DNA of 64,000 nucleotides. Source: a virus. Taxonomy: Duplodnaviria > Heunggongvirae > Uroviricota > Caudoviricetes. Below, piece by piece: positions 1 through 10,233 of the stretch. A program made the translations under genes and the position numbers. Each line of letters starts with the position of its first letter. Position 1 is the first letter of the stretch. The notes beneath the pieces were generated by a model. That model saw only the letters and a list, made by a program, of their open reading frames with translations, made no database searches and was not told the origin of the DNA. The stretch lies in IMG/VR virus record IMGVR_UViG_3300035034_002090, positions 109,238 through 173,237 of that record; one strand, written 5' to 3'.

Positions 1-12
1 TCGGACGATGGC

Positions 13-789
13 GTGTGGGTTCGAGACAGCGGGTTTCACGAGCTTGGTTCTCTGGTAAACGCCTCTTACATCGACGCCATTAGAACGCCTATATCCATTG
101 TCCTGAATGAGACGCAAGGCGAAGGCGATAGGGCGCTTGGCAGGTTCAGGGTGGATCCTGACAAGTATCAACATGGCAGCTTTCCCGTGATCTCATCCTA
201 CCGGTGTGAAGCGCAGGTTACAGGAGATTTGTTGGGCGGAACAGTTTACCTCTACGACGTCACTTCGGGCGATGTTCTCATTGACTCCTTTGACGTCGTC
301 ACAGATCAGCCGTTCGAGCGAACATTTCCCTTTGATCCAGCAGGCCCCGGCGAGCGGGTCTATGAGGTCAGGGCTGGCCTTTGGACTGTAGGTCAGCCTA
401 AAGAGATCACCATTTCAATTGATAGCACAGATACTTATGACTACGTGTTCAGAGACGTAGATAATTCGATCGACTATACCTACACCGGCCTCTCAGGAGA
501 TACCGCAGGCGACATCGCTAGCGGCCTATCCGGAGCTATCAGTGGATCTGCTAGGTTCTCTTCGAGTTCAGCAGGAAACATTGTCACTGTTACTTGCTTG
601 AGCAATGGAGATGATTTTATGTACGACCTCCTTGTGGATGCAGGCGGCGGGCTGGACTCTGCTTTAGGTGACGAGGCCATGTCGGACAGTGTAGAGCGAG
701 CAGCCGCCAAAGACGCACCCTATGTCGAAGATGAGCTTATTCTAGTTTGGCACGCAACACTTGAACTTATCGCAACAGCTTCCAGCTGA
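13..789 (+). CDS. hypothetical protein (possibly virion/structural; N-terminus may lie upstream of window)
   Basis: 258-aa ORF, first of a tight co-directional run (13-5148) with short gaps or overlaps; no recognisable motif. Confidence 0.45.
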   Translation: MWVRDSGFHELGSLVNASYIDAIRTPISIVLNETQGEGDRALGRFRVDPDKYQHGSFPVISSYRCEAQVTGDLLGGTVYLYDVTSGDVLIDSFDVVTDQPFERTFPFDPAGPGERVYEVRAGLWTVGQPKEITISIDSTDTYDYVFRDVDNSIDYTYTGLSGDTAGDIASGLSGAISGSARFSSSSAGNIVTVTCLSNGDDFMYDLLVDAGGGLDSALGDEAMSDSVERAAAKDAPYVEDELILVWHATLELIATASS

Positions 790-798
790 GGACCTTCA

Positions 799-1236
799 AT
801 GAGTTATCACCCTTACATTATTCGCCATAGTCTGGTCCCGGGGAGCAACTTTGAAGCCAAAGACCCCTCTCCGGGTCCCAAGGTGGACGGCATTATCCAC
901 TCTTACTTGGATCGGAACGATGGAGGCAAAATAAAGTTTTCCCCGAGGGCAAATTTTTGCCTCAAGAGACTAACTCTCCACGTGGCAGATGCGGCTGAAT
1001 GGTCTGTATCATTATTGCACACGGGTGCAGACGTCGAACCTGAAAATGAAGTCGTGATTGCCGATTCATCTGGTTCACTGAGCTTCAGTGCTATGAAAAG
1101 CGAGTCTTTAGACGGAAAGACTTTTTCTTTCAATCTCAATGAGTTCTTTATGGTGCCCGGTGACGTACTAATGGTACGAACGGTTGGGGCCACAGAAAAA
1201 GTTTATGTTGAGGCGTTCGCCCTTCCAGCACTTTAA
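799..1236 (+). CDS. hypothetical protein
   Basis: 145-aa ORF, 10 nt after previous stop, same operon-like run. Confidence 0.45.
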   Translation: MSYHPYIIRHSLVPGSNFEAKDPSPGPKVDGIIHSYLDRNDGGKIKFSPRANFCLKRLTLHVADAAEWSVSLLHTGADVEPENEVVIADSSGSLSFSAMKSESLDGKTFSFNLNEFFMVPGDVLMVRTVGATEKVYVEAFALPAL

Positions 1237-1247
1237 GAGGCTTTGTT

Positions 1248-2753
1248 ATGGATTACGGTTTTGGCACAGGACCATTCGGCTCCGGCCCCTTCGGTAGGGC
1301 CGACTACGCCCGCGAGGGTGTCTGGGAGCGCTCCGTACCCAAGCGTAACAAGAAGGAGGACACCGGTGACTTAGAGCAAACACTGATGGCGGTCGTTGAC
1401 GCTCTGGATCCCCGCATAAAGCTTATTGACGATCTACCCCTTCAGCGTAGCCCAATTTATGCCAGAAGCGGCATTGAGAACGCCGAGGCACTTACCATTG
1501 AGTCTCTTACGATAAAGGATGACTCGACTGTAGAGCTTCTTGTCTCCGAGGATGACATCGAGGCTCTTGAGGGTATATATGCCCGTTCTCAGCGTGAGGA
1601 TGGAACTTGGAGAGACGATGGCTGGATGGCCGTTATTGGCGAGTTCTTGGAGCCAGTGGTGTCAGTCAATGCGTTCGATCGGACCATTGATATACTCACC
1701 AGTAAGGACATTAATAGTCTGGTAGGCATTGCTGGTGGACTGGAAGTCCGACCTCCAGATCTATTGGTCCAGATTGGTAACACTGTCGGTGTCTTGGTCG
1801 ACAGGCAAGATCCTCCAGACTTTACTAGAAGAGCCCTTTACAGGCACCACCTCATCCGAGACCTAAAGGTTTCTAAGAGGCTCTTTTCGCTGCTGGGAAG
1901 GATATACGGCTTCAGAGTTGACGTGTCTGGACTGTATTGTATTGATGGTGCGATCAAGGACGATCTAATTCAATCTAGCCCCGACAAGGTGATTGAGCTT
2001 CCGGGAGGAAGCGGCAATTACTACACCACGCTGGCACCTTACGGCCACTTTTTTGATGACATACCCGCCGATTACATCCCTGCTGATAGTAGTGGTGATC
2101 TTTCCTTTGATGTTACGCTGGATGCAGTCGCCGATGCAGGACCCGGAGTCGTCGACGGTGTCACTTATTGGCGCGTGGACCTAACAGTGGATTCTGGACC
2201 CTCTACAGACCCCACCAATTATATCAACAGCTTCGGTCACTGGAAAATAAGAGACCCCGATGGGAGAGAATTCTGGCTCGAAGACTTTGTGGCCGGACCA
2301 GCTGGAGGGTACTTTTTTTATTCTGATGAAGAGCCCGTACCCGTTGAGCCAGAAGACGCGGCCAACGGGGAAAGCTGGGAAATCGTCCTCCCTCAAAGAC
2401 TACAGTGTAGAGAACATTGGCGACCCGCCTCGGCCTACCTGATTGAGGCCAAGCCTGAAGAGGTTCTTACTGAGCCCCTTGCCTCCACCGACAACCTCTT
2501 CGACAGGATAGAGGAAAAGATGGAGACGTACGTGCCCTATCACATACGGGTGATGGGATTGAACCTTTCTCGGGACATTACCGTTGAGTCCTCTTACCTT
2601 GAGGGGATCTCGTTATCCACCGACACAGCGGTAGAGGAAGACCTTTACGTCAGCGATATTTACGGGAGCACGTACGATTCGACTGCTGCTGATGTTCAGC
2701 CTGCCGATAGCAACGTCCTTGTTGTAACGTCTGAATTCATTGTAGAACCGTGA
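1248..2753 (+). CDS. hypothetical protein (501 aa, acidic; possibly structural)
   Basis: long uninterrupted ORF; RBS-like gaggct before ATG; no motif recognised. Confidence 0.5.
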   Translation: MDYGFGTGPFGSGPFGRADYAREGVWERSVPKRNKKEDTGDLEQTLMAVVDALDPRIKLIDDLPLQRSPIYARSGIENAEALTIESLTIKDDSTVELLVSEDDIEALEGIYARSQREDGTWRDDGWMAVIGEFLEPVVSVNAFDRTIDILTSKDINSLVGIAGGLEVRPPDLLVQIGNTVGVLVDRQDPPDFTRRALYRHHLIRDLKVSKRLFSLLGRIYGFRVDVSGLYCIDGAIKDDLIQSSPDKVIELPGGSGNYYTTLAPYGHFFDDIPADYIPADSSGDLSFDVTLDAVADAGPGVVDGVTYWRVDLTVDSGPSTDPTNYINSFGHWKIRDPDGREFWLEDFVAGPAGGYFFYSDEEPVPVEPEDAANGESWEIVLPQRLQCREHWRPASAYLIEAKPEEVLTEPLASTDNLFDRIEEKMETYVPYHIRVMGLNLSRDITVESSYLEGISLSTDTAVEEDLYVSDIYGSTYDSTAADVQPADSNVLVVTSEFIVEP

Positions 2754-2788
2754 TATAACCTAGCCTGAGCTAATTTAGAGAGGAAGTC

Positions 2789-3340
2789 ATGGCAACGAGA
2801 AATGGTAAGTCGATCATCACAGACAAGGGAAGGGAGTGGCTCTCTAGATTTCTCGCTAATTATGAGGAATGGTCCGACGCCGGTTACAGACTCTACCACC
2901 ACACCAAGTGGGGCGAGGGAGGGTGGGAGGAAATAAACGGCCTGAAGTACCCGAAGGAACCCTCTTTTGCGGCCATCAACAATGACCTTGATGTGATATT
3001 GAACGCGGGGTCTTTTCCTGCCACGCATCAGTATTTCACAGATCCCGTGGTCATGGACCTTTCTTCTGAGACTGTGTTCGAAGGTGGCTCTACCGCCACG
3101 CTTTTAATCAAGGCTGTCCTTGAGCAGGCAGAAGAGAACCTAGATCCTAATGATTCTGACAACCCGGATTTCTATGAGGTGGGGATCTTCGATAACGCCT
3201 TTTCAATGACGGACCCGATTGTCAGAAACGCCACCGGAGTCACCGAAGACAACATGATTCTCTACGCCACCTTTGACTCAGTTGCCAAGACCAATACGCG
3301 TAAGTTTACCGTGAACATCCGCATCCCTTGGAAGGTATAA
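2789..3340 (+). CDS. hypothetical protein
   Basis: 183-aa ORF with GAGGAAG RBS upstream of ATG. Confidence 0.5.
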   Translation: MATRNGKSIITDKGREWLSRFLANYEEWSDAGYRLYHHTKWGEGGWEEINGLKYPKEPSFAAINNDLDVILNAGSFPATHQYFTDPVVMDLSSETVFEGGSTATLLIKAVLEQAEENLDPNDSDNPDFYEVGIFDNAFSMTDPIVRNATGVTEDNMILYATFDSVAKTNTRKFTVNIRIPWKV

Positions 3341-3343
3341 GGT

Positions 3344-4204
3344 ATGGGCATTCTTCAGAAAATACTCGATGTCGCCAGCGGCTCAGATAGAAGGTTTGCT
3401 CGGTTTTGGCTCATCCCGCTAGACCCTCATACGGGCGAACAGCTTGGTTCTGCTGATGATCTACCACCGATGCGCCTTCAGTATTGGCCGGAGAGTCTTG
3501 AGTACAGCAGGGGCTCGATTGGGTGGGAAGAAAAGTCCGTCCCGGGAAGCTCTCACCCCCTTCAGAACTGGACGTCAAATGGGGCACCCACGGTAAGTTT
3601 CGAGGCTGTCTTCACTCAGGATAATGATCCGGGATACACTTCAAGTGGCAGCGGAGTGCTGGATGATCTTGGCTCGTTCTTGGACCCGAATAGTGAGTCT
3701 AACCAATCAACAGACATCAACGCAGCTGCTGCTTGGTTTGCCGGTGCCTCCAACCCTAAATACGCAGATACAAACCAGAGCCCAGCCCAAACACCTGTCG
3801 ATCCACCCCCAATCATTCAGATAGTTCCAGAATACCTACCTTCTGAGACATCGAGTGTGGAGGGCGCTAAGAAGGCACTGAAGGGATTTAATGTAGGGAA
3901 TGCGCTGCAACTTCAAGCAAACGACTCGAAGCTCATATCAGATGGGATTGACTCTATCCGTGGGGTTACCCTCAGCCATCATTCGCAGCGCGACTTTTTT
4001 GGCGTAATGACAGACTTTTCTGTCAACTACCCCGCCTTCTTCCCATCAGGAGCACCTCGCTATATAACCATCTCCTTGAGCTTCTCTGAAACGATTCAGC
4101 TCGGAGATGTCATTATCCCTCATGACAGAAGAGACAACGTCAAGATCGCCACAAAGTACCGGTTTGGCCTAGGCAAAGGCCGTGACATTAAAGGGATAGC
4201 ATGA
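3344..4204 (+). CDS. hypothetical protein
   Basis: 286-aa ORF starting 4 nt after previous stop (translational coupling). Confidence 0.5.
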   Translation: MGILQKILDVASGSDRRFARFWLIPLDPHTGEQLGSADDLPPMRLQYWPESLEYSRGSIGWEEKSVPGSSHPLQNWTSNGAPTVSFEAVFTQDNDPGYTSSGSGVLDDLGSFLDPNSESNQSTDINAAAAWFAGASNPKYADTNQSPAQTPVDPPPIIQIVPEYLPSETSSVEGAKKALKGFNVGNALQLQANDSKLISDGIDSIRGVTLSHHSQRDFFGVMTDFSVNYPAFFPSGAPRYITISLSFSETIQLGDVIIPHDRRDNVKIATKYRFGLGKGRDIKGIA

Positions 4205-5148
4205 TGGACAGAAAGTCTCTTAGTCAAATCGCTTGCTTTAATGAGGCTAGGGCGATGTTTGGGTGTATTAATGGCACACCCTACCCTATGGAGGTTGTTA
4301 ACTTGGACTGGAAGATACTTGGTCCAGCTCTCGATAGCCCGTACAAGATGAATGGAATATTTGTATGGTCTGGGTGGGCCTTGGATGACGGGCATCCTGT
4401 TGATGTTGATTGCAAAGTTAGAGTTGCCACTCATCTAGAGGTGGAGTGTTATGATAGTGGGTCCCCCGTCTGGCCTCATCTCCCGGGCGGCGCGAAAGAT
4501 GATGAGGTCATCATGGCCGTCCCCCGGGACGCCGTAAATAGCAGGATGGGCGGCGCGAAGATCTGTGTTGATGAAGGTGCTGTCATCTACGAGAGTCTTC
4601 TGGAAGACAAGCTCTATGCTAGGCGCGGGGACTTAGAAAATGACGAGGACTATAAGCAGATTATCCCCTACATTGTTGTCAGGCATGGAGGTATGGTTTT
4701 GGCGTGCCGTAGAACTTCTGGACAATCAGAAGAAAGACTTCATGACAAGGTCTCACTAGGGTTTGGTGGGCACATCGACAGGTGCACATTTCTACCAGAC
4801 GGCGTTGACCCCATTATGGCTTCGGGAGCAAGGGAGCTTTACGAAGAGCTTAGCTTCCCTCACTTTGCGTTCTTTTCTGAGGCAGTTGAATCAGGGTCTC
4901 TTAGGTATGTTGGAATTATAAATGACAATGAAACCGAGGTAGGCAGAGTTCATGCCGGATGTCTCTTCGAGCTGGATCTTCCGGCATTTGTGGATGGAAG
5001 CCCGGTGGTAGGCATCAAAGAGCAAGATAAAATGGTCGGAAGCTGGGAGACCGTCAAGTCGATAGGAAGGCATTACGATTCCATGGAAACATGGTCTAAG
5101 CTTGCTTATGACTGCTTGTTCCCTGTGCACCGGCGCACGACTAGTTGA
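4201..5148 (+). CDS. putative NUDIX-like hydrolase domain protein
   Basis: C-terminal half has a Nudix-box-like segment GFGGHIDRC...ASGARELYEELSF (REUxEE pattern); ATGA overlap with previous gene. Confidence 0.35.
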   Translation: MMDRKSLSQIACFNEARAMFGCINGTPYPMEVVNLDWKILGPALDSPYKMNGIFVWSGWALDDGHPVDVDCKVRVATHLEVECYDSGSPVWPHLPGGAKDDEVIMAVPRDAVNSRMGGAKICVDEGAVIYESLLEDKLYARRGDLENDEDYKQIIPYIVVRHGGMVLACRRTSGQSEERLHDKVSLGFGGHIDRCTFLPDGVDPIMASGARELYEELSFPHFAFFSEAVESGSLRYVGIINDNETEVGRVHAGCLFELDLPAFVDGSPVVGIKEQDKMVGSWETVKSIGRHYDSMETWSKLAYDCLFPVHRRTTS

Positions 5149-5451
5149 TTGAGATTTTGACTCAAGTAAGGTTCATATTACGCCTTGACTGACGGTGGTT
5201 TTAGCCGTCAATATGGTGAGCAGAAAGGTTGGCCCCAGAAAAGGATCCTCACTAGCTATAAATGTCTTTGGTAGCATGTTTTTACTTTATCCCCGCAGGA
5301 AGCCGGGTCGCCAAGATGGCGAAGAGACGCCCATTTATTAGCTAGAGCCTGTTCATCGCTATTGTTCGGAGCATTTGTCGCTTCGTGCGGGATAGGTGTC
5401 TTTTCTTTCAGGTACTACAGTATATTTCAGGCATTCGATAGGAGTTAGATC

Positions 5452-8175
5452 ATGACAACCTCAGTTAATACACCCACCCCTGACAATAGCTCGGCATCAC
5501 CTAAAGAGGTGGCTTGCCGTGGACTTACATTCAATCGAGTCTTCACCCAGAAGGGCGAGCACCCCTATGATCAGGTGGAGTGGAAAGAGTTCACAGCAAA
5601 GATCGTCGATGGCTCTGGCGAGGTATTCTATGAGCAAGAGGGCGTTGAGTTTCCTGTAACTTGGTCTCAGACCGCTGTGAATGTTGTCGCATCAAAATAT
5701 TTTCATGGCCGTCAAGACATCGAAGGGGACAGGGAAAGTAGCCTGCGACAGCTCATTGATCGTGTCGTCGACACAATCACATCAGCTGGGCGTAAAGAGG
5801 GGTATTTTTCTTCTGATGAAGACGCTGAGGTCTTTTCGGACGAGATGAAGCATGTCTTCGTCAACCAAATGGCGGCATTTAACAGCCCGGTCTGGTTCAA
5901 CATCGGGACAGATGGCCGCCAGCAAGCGTCGGCCTGTTTCATCAATAATGTCGAAGACGATCTCAACTCCATCATGGAGCTATCCACTACAGAGGCCAAG
6001 ATTTTCAAGTGGGGTAGCGGCGCAGGAGTCAACCTGTCGTCGATTCGAGGCAAGGGCGAGCCCCTCGCAGGCGGAGGCGAGGCGAGCGGACCTGTCAGCT
6101 TCATGAAAGGGTTGGATTCTTTTGCTGGCGTCATCAAGTCCGGTGGAAAGAAGCGCCGCGCCGCCAAGATGATCATCCTTGACGCAGATCATCCCGACAT
6201 CGAAGACTTCGTTCACTGCAAGACCAAGGAAGAAGAAAAAGCTTTCGCCCTCATTGAGGCTGGATATGATCCGGGTTTCAATATCGAAGGCGGCGCTTAT
6301 GAGTCAGTATTATTCCAAAACGCAAACCACTCGGTTCGAGCGAAGGAAGAGTTTTTCGAGGCCGTCGAGAATGATGATGAGTGGGAGCTGACATGGCGCG
6401 GTGACGGGACCATCGAGGATACCAAAAAGGTGAGCGCACGCGCTCTCATGCGACAGATTGCTGAGGCCGCTTGGCACTCAGGAGATCCGGGCGTGCAGTA
6501 TGATTCCAACATTCATACATGGCACACCTGCAAGAATGCCGGAAGGCAGGTCGCAAGCAACCCGTGCTCTGAGTACCTCTGGCTCAACAAGACCGCATGT
6601 AACCTCTCCAGCATCAACCTTCTGAAGTTTCGATGCCCCGAAGGCTTCCGTATCGATGACTTCAAGCACGTCGTCGACCTTCTCATCACAGCTCAAGACA
6701 TACTTGTGGGGTATGCCGATTACCCGACGCCTGAAATTGAGCGCGAGACCGTGAAGTGGCGTACATTGGGGCTTGGCTATGCCAATCTCGGTGCCCTTAT
6801 CATGGCAGACGGACGCCCTTACGACTCTCCGGAGGGCCGAGCCCTCGCAGCATCCATCACCTCCCTTATGACAGGGGAAGCATACGCTCAATCTGCTAGG
6901 ATCGCTAAGACCCAAGGTGCATTTGAGGGTTTCAAGGGTAATGAAGGGTGCATGACGGAGGTGATCGAGCTGCATAAGCAGCACGCACAAAATCTGTATT
7001 CAGATCTCTGGAAGGATTCCTCCACTTCCGTGTTTGCCATCGCTGACGCTGGGGTAGATTCGTGGGATCGTGCCCTCGAACTCGGGATATGGAGGAATGC
7101 TCAGGTCAGCGTCCTCGCGCCTACTGGTACGATCTCTTTCTACATGGACTGCGACACAACGGGTATCGAACCGGGTCTCGCGCTCGTGTCCTACAAGCGC
7201 CTCGTTGGCGGAGGCATGTTCAAAATCGTTAACAAGACGGTTCCGCTGGCTCTTATGAGTCTAGGGTACAGCCAAACCGACATCGAGGACGTCGTCGAGT
7301 ATATCGAAAATAACGATACCATCGAGGGCGCACCTCATCTCACTGATGAGGATCTCCCGGTGTTTGACTGCGCATTCGAACCGGCATCTGGAACTCGATC
7401 GATCGCTTGGAAGGGTCATATCCATATGATGGCGGCCGTACAGCCTTTTCTGTCCGGTGCCATATCCAAGACGGTGAACATGCCCAGCGACGCAACCGTA
7501 GAGGACATCGAAGAGGCTTACATGATGGGTCAGAAGCTCGGCCTGAAAGCCCTCGCCATCTACCGAGACGGGTGCAAGCAGAGTCAACCGTTGTCCACCA
7601 AGGGTGATGACGATGAATCCTCGGAGATTGCGGAGGCAGAAGAGGTGCTCGGAGAAGGTGTTCTTTATGGCGAGCGAAGACGACTTCCGGATGAACGCCC
7701 GTCTATCACCCACAAGTTTTCTATCAATGGGCACGAGGGCTACATCACAGTGGGGCTCTATGAGGATGGACGCCCCGGTGAAATCTTTGTTGTGATGGCC
7801 AAACAGGGATCTACGCTGGCCGGGTTCGTAGACTCGTTTGCGACCTCTGTCTCCATCGCCCTTCAGTACGGCGTACCTTTGGAGGTCTTCGTCAGGAAGT
7901 TCAAGCACACTCGCTTCGAGCCCTGCGGCTTCACGTCCAATCCGGACATTCGATCGACGACTTCGGTAGTGGATTATATCGTCAAGTGGCTTGAATCGAA
8001 GTTCATCACCTCTGATGAATCGGTTCAGCCTGCGCCGGAACTCAAGAAGCTGGACATGACCTCTACCGAGTCCAAGTCTTTCGGACCCTCATGCTCTGAG
8101 TGTGGCGGACTGACAATGCAGAATGGCACTTGCCACGTATGCACGAGTTGCGGAGCTACTACCGGCTGTGGATGA
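5452..8175 (+). CDS. nrdJ: ribonucleotide reductase, class II (adenosylcobalamin-dependent) NrdJ
   Basis: 907 aa; active-site loop ASNPCSEYLWLN (NPC[GS]E), thiyl-radical Cys region, C-terminal Cys-rich zinc ribbon CSECGG...CHVCTSCG typical of NrdJ; GGAG RBS; followed by terminator. Confidence 0.9.
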   Translation: MTTSVNTPTPDNSSASPKEVACRGLTFNRVFTQKGEHPYDQVEWKEFTAKIVDGSGEVFYEQEGVEFPVTWSQTAVNVVASKYFHGRQDIEGDRESSLRQLIDRVVDTITSAGRKEGYFSSDEDAEVFSDEMKHVFVNQMAAFNSPVWFNIGTDGRQQASACFINNVEDDLNSIMELSTTEAKIFKWGSGAGVNLSSIRGKGEPLAGGGEASGPVSFMKGLDSFAGVIKSGGKKRRAAKMIILDADHPDIEDFVHCKTKEEEKAFALIEAGYDPGFNIEGGAYESVLFQNANHSVRAKEEFFEAVENDDEWELTWRGDGTIEDTKKVSARALMRQIAEAAWHSGDPGVQYDSNIHTWHTCKNAGRQVASNPCSEYLWLNKTACNLSSINLLKFRCPEGFRIDDFKHVVDLLITAQDILVGYADYPTPEIERETVKWRTLGLGYANLGALIMADGRPYDSPEGRALAASITSLMTGEAYAQSARIAKTQGAFEGFKGNEGCMTEVIELHKQHAQNLYSDLWKDSSTSVFAIADAGVDSWDRALELGIWRNAQVSVLAPTGTISFYMDCDTTGIEPGLALVSYKRLVGGGMFKIVNKTVPLALMSLGYSQTDIEDVVEYIENNDTIEGAPHLTDEDLPVFDCAFEPASGTRSIAWKGHIHMMAAVQPFLSGAISKTVNMPSDATVEDIEEAYMMGQKLGLKALAIYRDGCKQSQPLSTKGDDDESSEIAEAEEVLGEGVLYGERRRLPDERPSITHKFSINGHEGYITVGLYEDGRPGEIFVVMAKQGSTLAGFVDSFATSVSIALQYGVPLEVFVRKFKHTRFEPCGFTSNPDIRSTTSVVDYIVKWLESKFITSDESVQPAPELKKLDMTSTESKSFGPSCSECGGLTMQNGTCHVCTSCGATTGCG

Positions 8176-8198
8176 GGCTCTTAAATAACTAAAGAAAA

Positions 8199-8223
8199 AG
8201 GGCGGCTTCGGCCGCCCTTTTTT
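8199..8223 (+). terminator. rho-independent terminator after nrdJ
   Basis: GGGCGGCTTCGGCCGCCC hairpin followed by TTTTTTT. Confidence 0.7.
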
Positions 8224-8302
8224 ATCTGTTGACCCGTAGGTGTGTTGTCACATACGCTCTCTAGGATTCGCACGGCCGCTGAATTTTTCAACAGGAAGGA
8301 AC

Positions 8303-9049
8303 ATGGACGTAAGCTGGCCCAAGAAATGGTCGGACCTCACGATGTCTGTCATTGATGTCGAGACCACTGGATTTGATGAGAAGAAGGATCGCGTCATTGA
8401 GGTCGGAATCATCCGCTTCGAGAAGGGAGAGGTAACCGAATCTTACGGTCAGCTTGTGAACCCGAGGCGACCGATACCCAAGGAAGTGGTGGAGCTTACC
8501 GGCATCACGGATGATGATGTAAAGGATGCCCCCACGTTCGATGAAATCGCAGCCGAGGTTCATAAAAGGCTTGTTGGGGTAGGTATCGTTGCCTACAACT
8601 TGGGCTTCGATCGCAAGTTTGTGGCCGAGGAACTCAAGAGGTGCGGATTGTCTTGGCCCAGCGACTCCCCTACGTTTGACCCGCTGATTTTTGCCAGACA
8701 ATTCTTTAAGGACTCTCCCAAGAAAAACCTCGCTACGATAGCCGGGAAGCTCGACCTCACGCTCGAAGAGGCTCACCGAGCCGTCCATGATGCAGAGGTC
8801 ACTGGAAGGATCCTATACGCTTTTAAGGACAGGTTACCCAGCGATCTAGATCAGCTACTTACCCTTCAGTCGCAATGGCAGTCAGCCCAACAGGCTGAAA
8901 TGGCCCACTGGAAGAACTTCGATACATCGATGACGTCTTTGCACGAGTCGCCGATTGGACTTGGACCAGCTTATATCTACGGGGATGAGGCAGACCCTCT
9001 TCGGGCTCTGTATAAATCCGTACCAGAAGCCAAAAGCAGGAAGAAATAG
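8303..9049 (+). CDS. DnaQ-like 3'-5' exonuclease (DEDDh, Pol III epsilon family)
   Basis: Exo I SVIDVETTG, Exo II VAYNLGFDRKF, Exo III HRAVHDAEVTG; AGGAAGG RBS favours ATG 8303 over the ORF-track start 8240. Confidence 0.8.
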   Translation: MDVSWPKKWSDLTMSVIDVETTGFDEKKDRVIEVGIIRFEKGEVTESYGQLVNPRRPIPKEVVELTGITDDDVKDAPTFDEIAAEVHKRLVGVGIVAYNLGFDRKFVAEELKRCGLSWPSDSPTFDPLIFARQFFKDSPKKNLATIAGKLDLTLEEAHRAVHDAEVTGRILYAFKDRLPSDLDQLLTLQSQWQSAQQAEMAHWKNFDTSMTSLHESPIGLGPAYIYGDEADPLRALYKSVPEAKSRKK

Positions 9050-9057
9050 GAGAGCGC

Positions 9058-10233
9058 ATGAAGCCCGACGAACTGATGGAAGAAGCAGGACTACTCAAGA
9101 CCGTTTACTCCTTTGTGATGCCGGAGACGGAGTCTCTCATTGATGAGGTTTTGGGGAGCGTGTCCCACCGGCAGGCTCTTCGGGATAGGCATCGTGAGGC
9201 TTGGACCGGCAAGCAGGATTACTACCATGACGAGTTCTTCAGCAGCTGGCTTCGCTGGGTCAACCCAGCGGCCTCTTTCAGGGGCCTGAAGCGGGCCTCA
9301 AGGAGAAGATTTTTCAGATACCCCACAGCTGGCTCTAGTGAAGGCATCAGAGAGGTGATTGCTCAGCACGCCAGCCTGTCGAACTACAGGCCCGCGCATG
9401 GTGTTCCGGTGCTTCACGTCCTCGCCGGTGAGTACGAAGGTTACAGCGCTTACGCAGAGTCCTACGGGATGCGCGTGGTCGAGCATGAAGGCAGAGAGGC
9501 TTGGCAGATCACTGAGAGCATCGAGGCGTCTCTTGAGCATATGGGCGTCGATGGCACGGGTCATCTCTTTTTTATCAGCCAACCCTCGTCTATCGATGGA
9601 ATGCTTCGGGACAACAACCACATCCTCGACATTTTTGAATGGCTTCAGGAGAATACCGGTGTCCGCGTGGCTGTGGACCTGTGTTACGTCGGTACATTTG
9701 GCGAACATGCAACCGAGAAGAGGGGCCGCGTTGCATTCGATTTGTATGACGGTCCGTGTGAGGTTGTCGACTATATCTGCTTCAGCCTCTCAAAGGTCTT
9801 TGGGCTGTATTACCATCGTATCGGCGGCATCTTTAGCCGAAAAGAAATGCCCGGTCTCTACGGCAATAAATGGTTCAAGAACCTGACGTCGCTGTATTTG
9901 GCTTGTGAGTTTATGAGGCGATACTCGGTGTTCGAGCTTCCGGACAGGTATGCAGGTATTCAGACTCAAGCTATTGATAAAATAAAAGCCGAGCTAATGG
10001 CGGGCTCAGACGCTGAGCATGATGGGGGAGGGTTCAACCCTAAGCCTGCTGACGTATTTCTGCTCGCTAACGAAAGAATTTCCAATGACAACTGGAAGAA
10101 CCCTATACCGCAGCGGTTTCTCAGGGGGACCAGCGCGACTGGATCTGCCAGATACTGCCTGACAAAAAAGATGCACGAAATAGCTACCGCCGAAGGACTG
10201 TACACCGAACTCAAAGGAGATGAGGATGCGTAA
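9058..10233 (+). CDS. PLP-dependent aminotransferase-like protein (class I/II fold)
   Basis: motif CFSLSKVFGLYYHRIGGIF closely matches the aspartate-aminotransferase PLP-lysine signature SxSKxFGLYxERxG. Confidence 0.5.
   Translation: MKPDELMEEAGLLKTVYSFVMPETESLIDEVLGSVSHRQALRDRHREAWTGKQDYYHDEFFSSWLRWVNPAASFRGLKRASRRRFFRYPTAGSSEGIREVIAQHASLSNYRPAHGVPVLHVLAGEYEGYSAYAESYGMRVVEHEGREAWQITESIEASLEHMGVDGTGHLFFISQPSSIDGMLRDNNHILDIFEWLQENTGVRVAVDLCYVGTFGEHATEKRGRVAFDLYDGPCEVVDYICFSLSKVFGLYYHRIGGIFSRKEMPGLYGNKWFKNLTSLYLACEFMRRYSVFELPDRYAGIQTQAIDKIKAELMAGSDAEHDGGGFNPKPADVFLLANERISNDNWKNPIPQRFLRGTSATGSARYCLTKKMHEIATAEGLYTELKGDEDA

Noticed and set aside
5149-5451. Possible cobalamin riboswitch or NrdR box in the 300-bp leader upstream of nrdJ
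   Set aside because: No B12-box-like consensus or 16-bp NrdR palindrome could be recognised by eye. Only a weak promoter-like TTGACT and a small hairpin are present. Left unannotated.
5712-7908. Multiple 60-215-aa ORFs on both strands inside the nrdJ coding region (e.g. 5712-6176, 6478-6990 and 7261-7908, all minus)
   Set aside because: They are fully embedded in a long, motif-rich NrdJ reading frame and have low-complexity S/R/P-rich translations typical of alternate-frame artefacts in GC-rich coding DNA.
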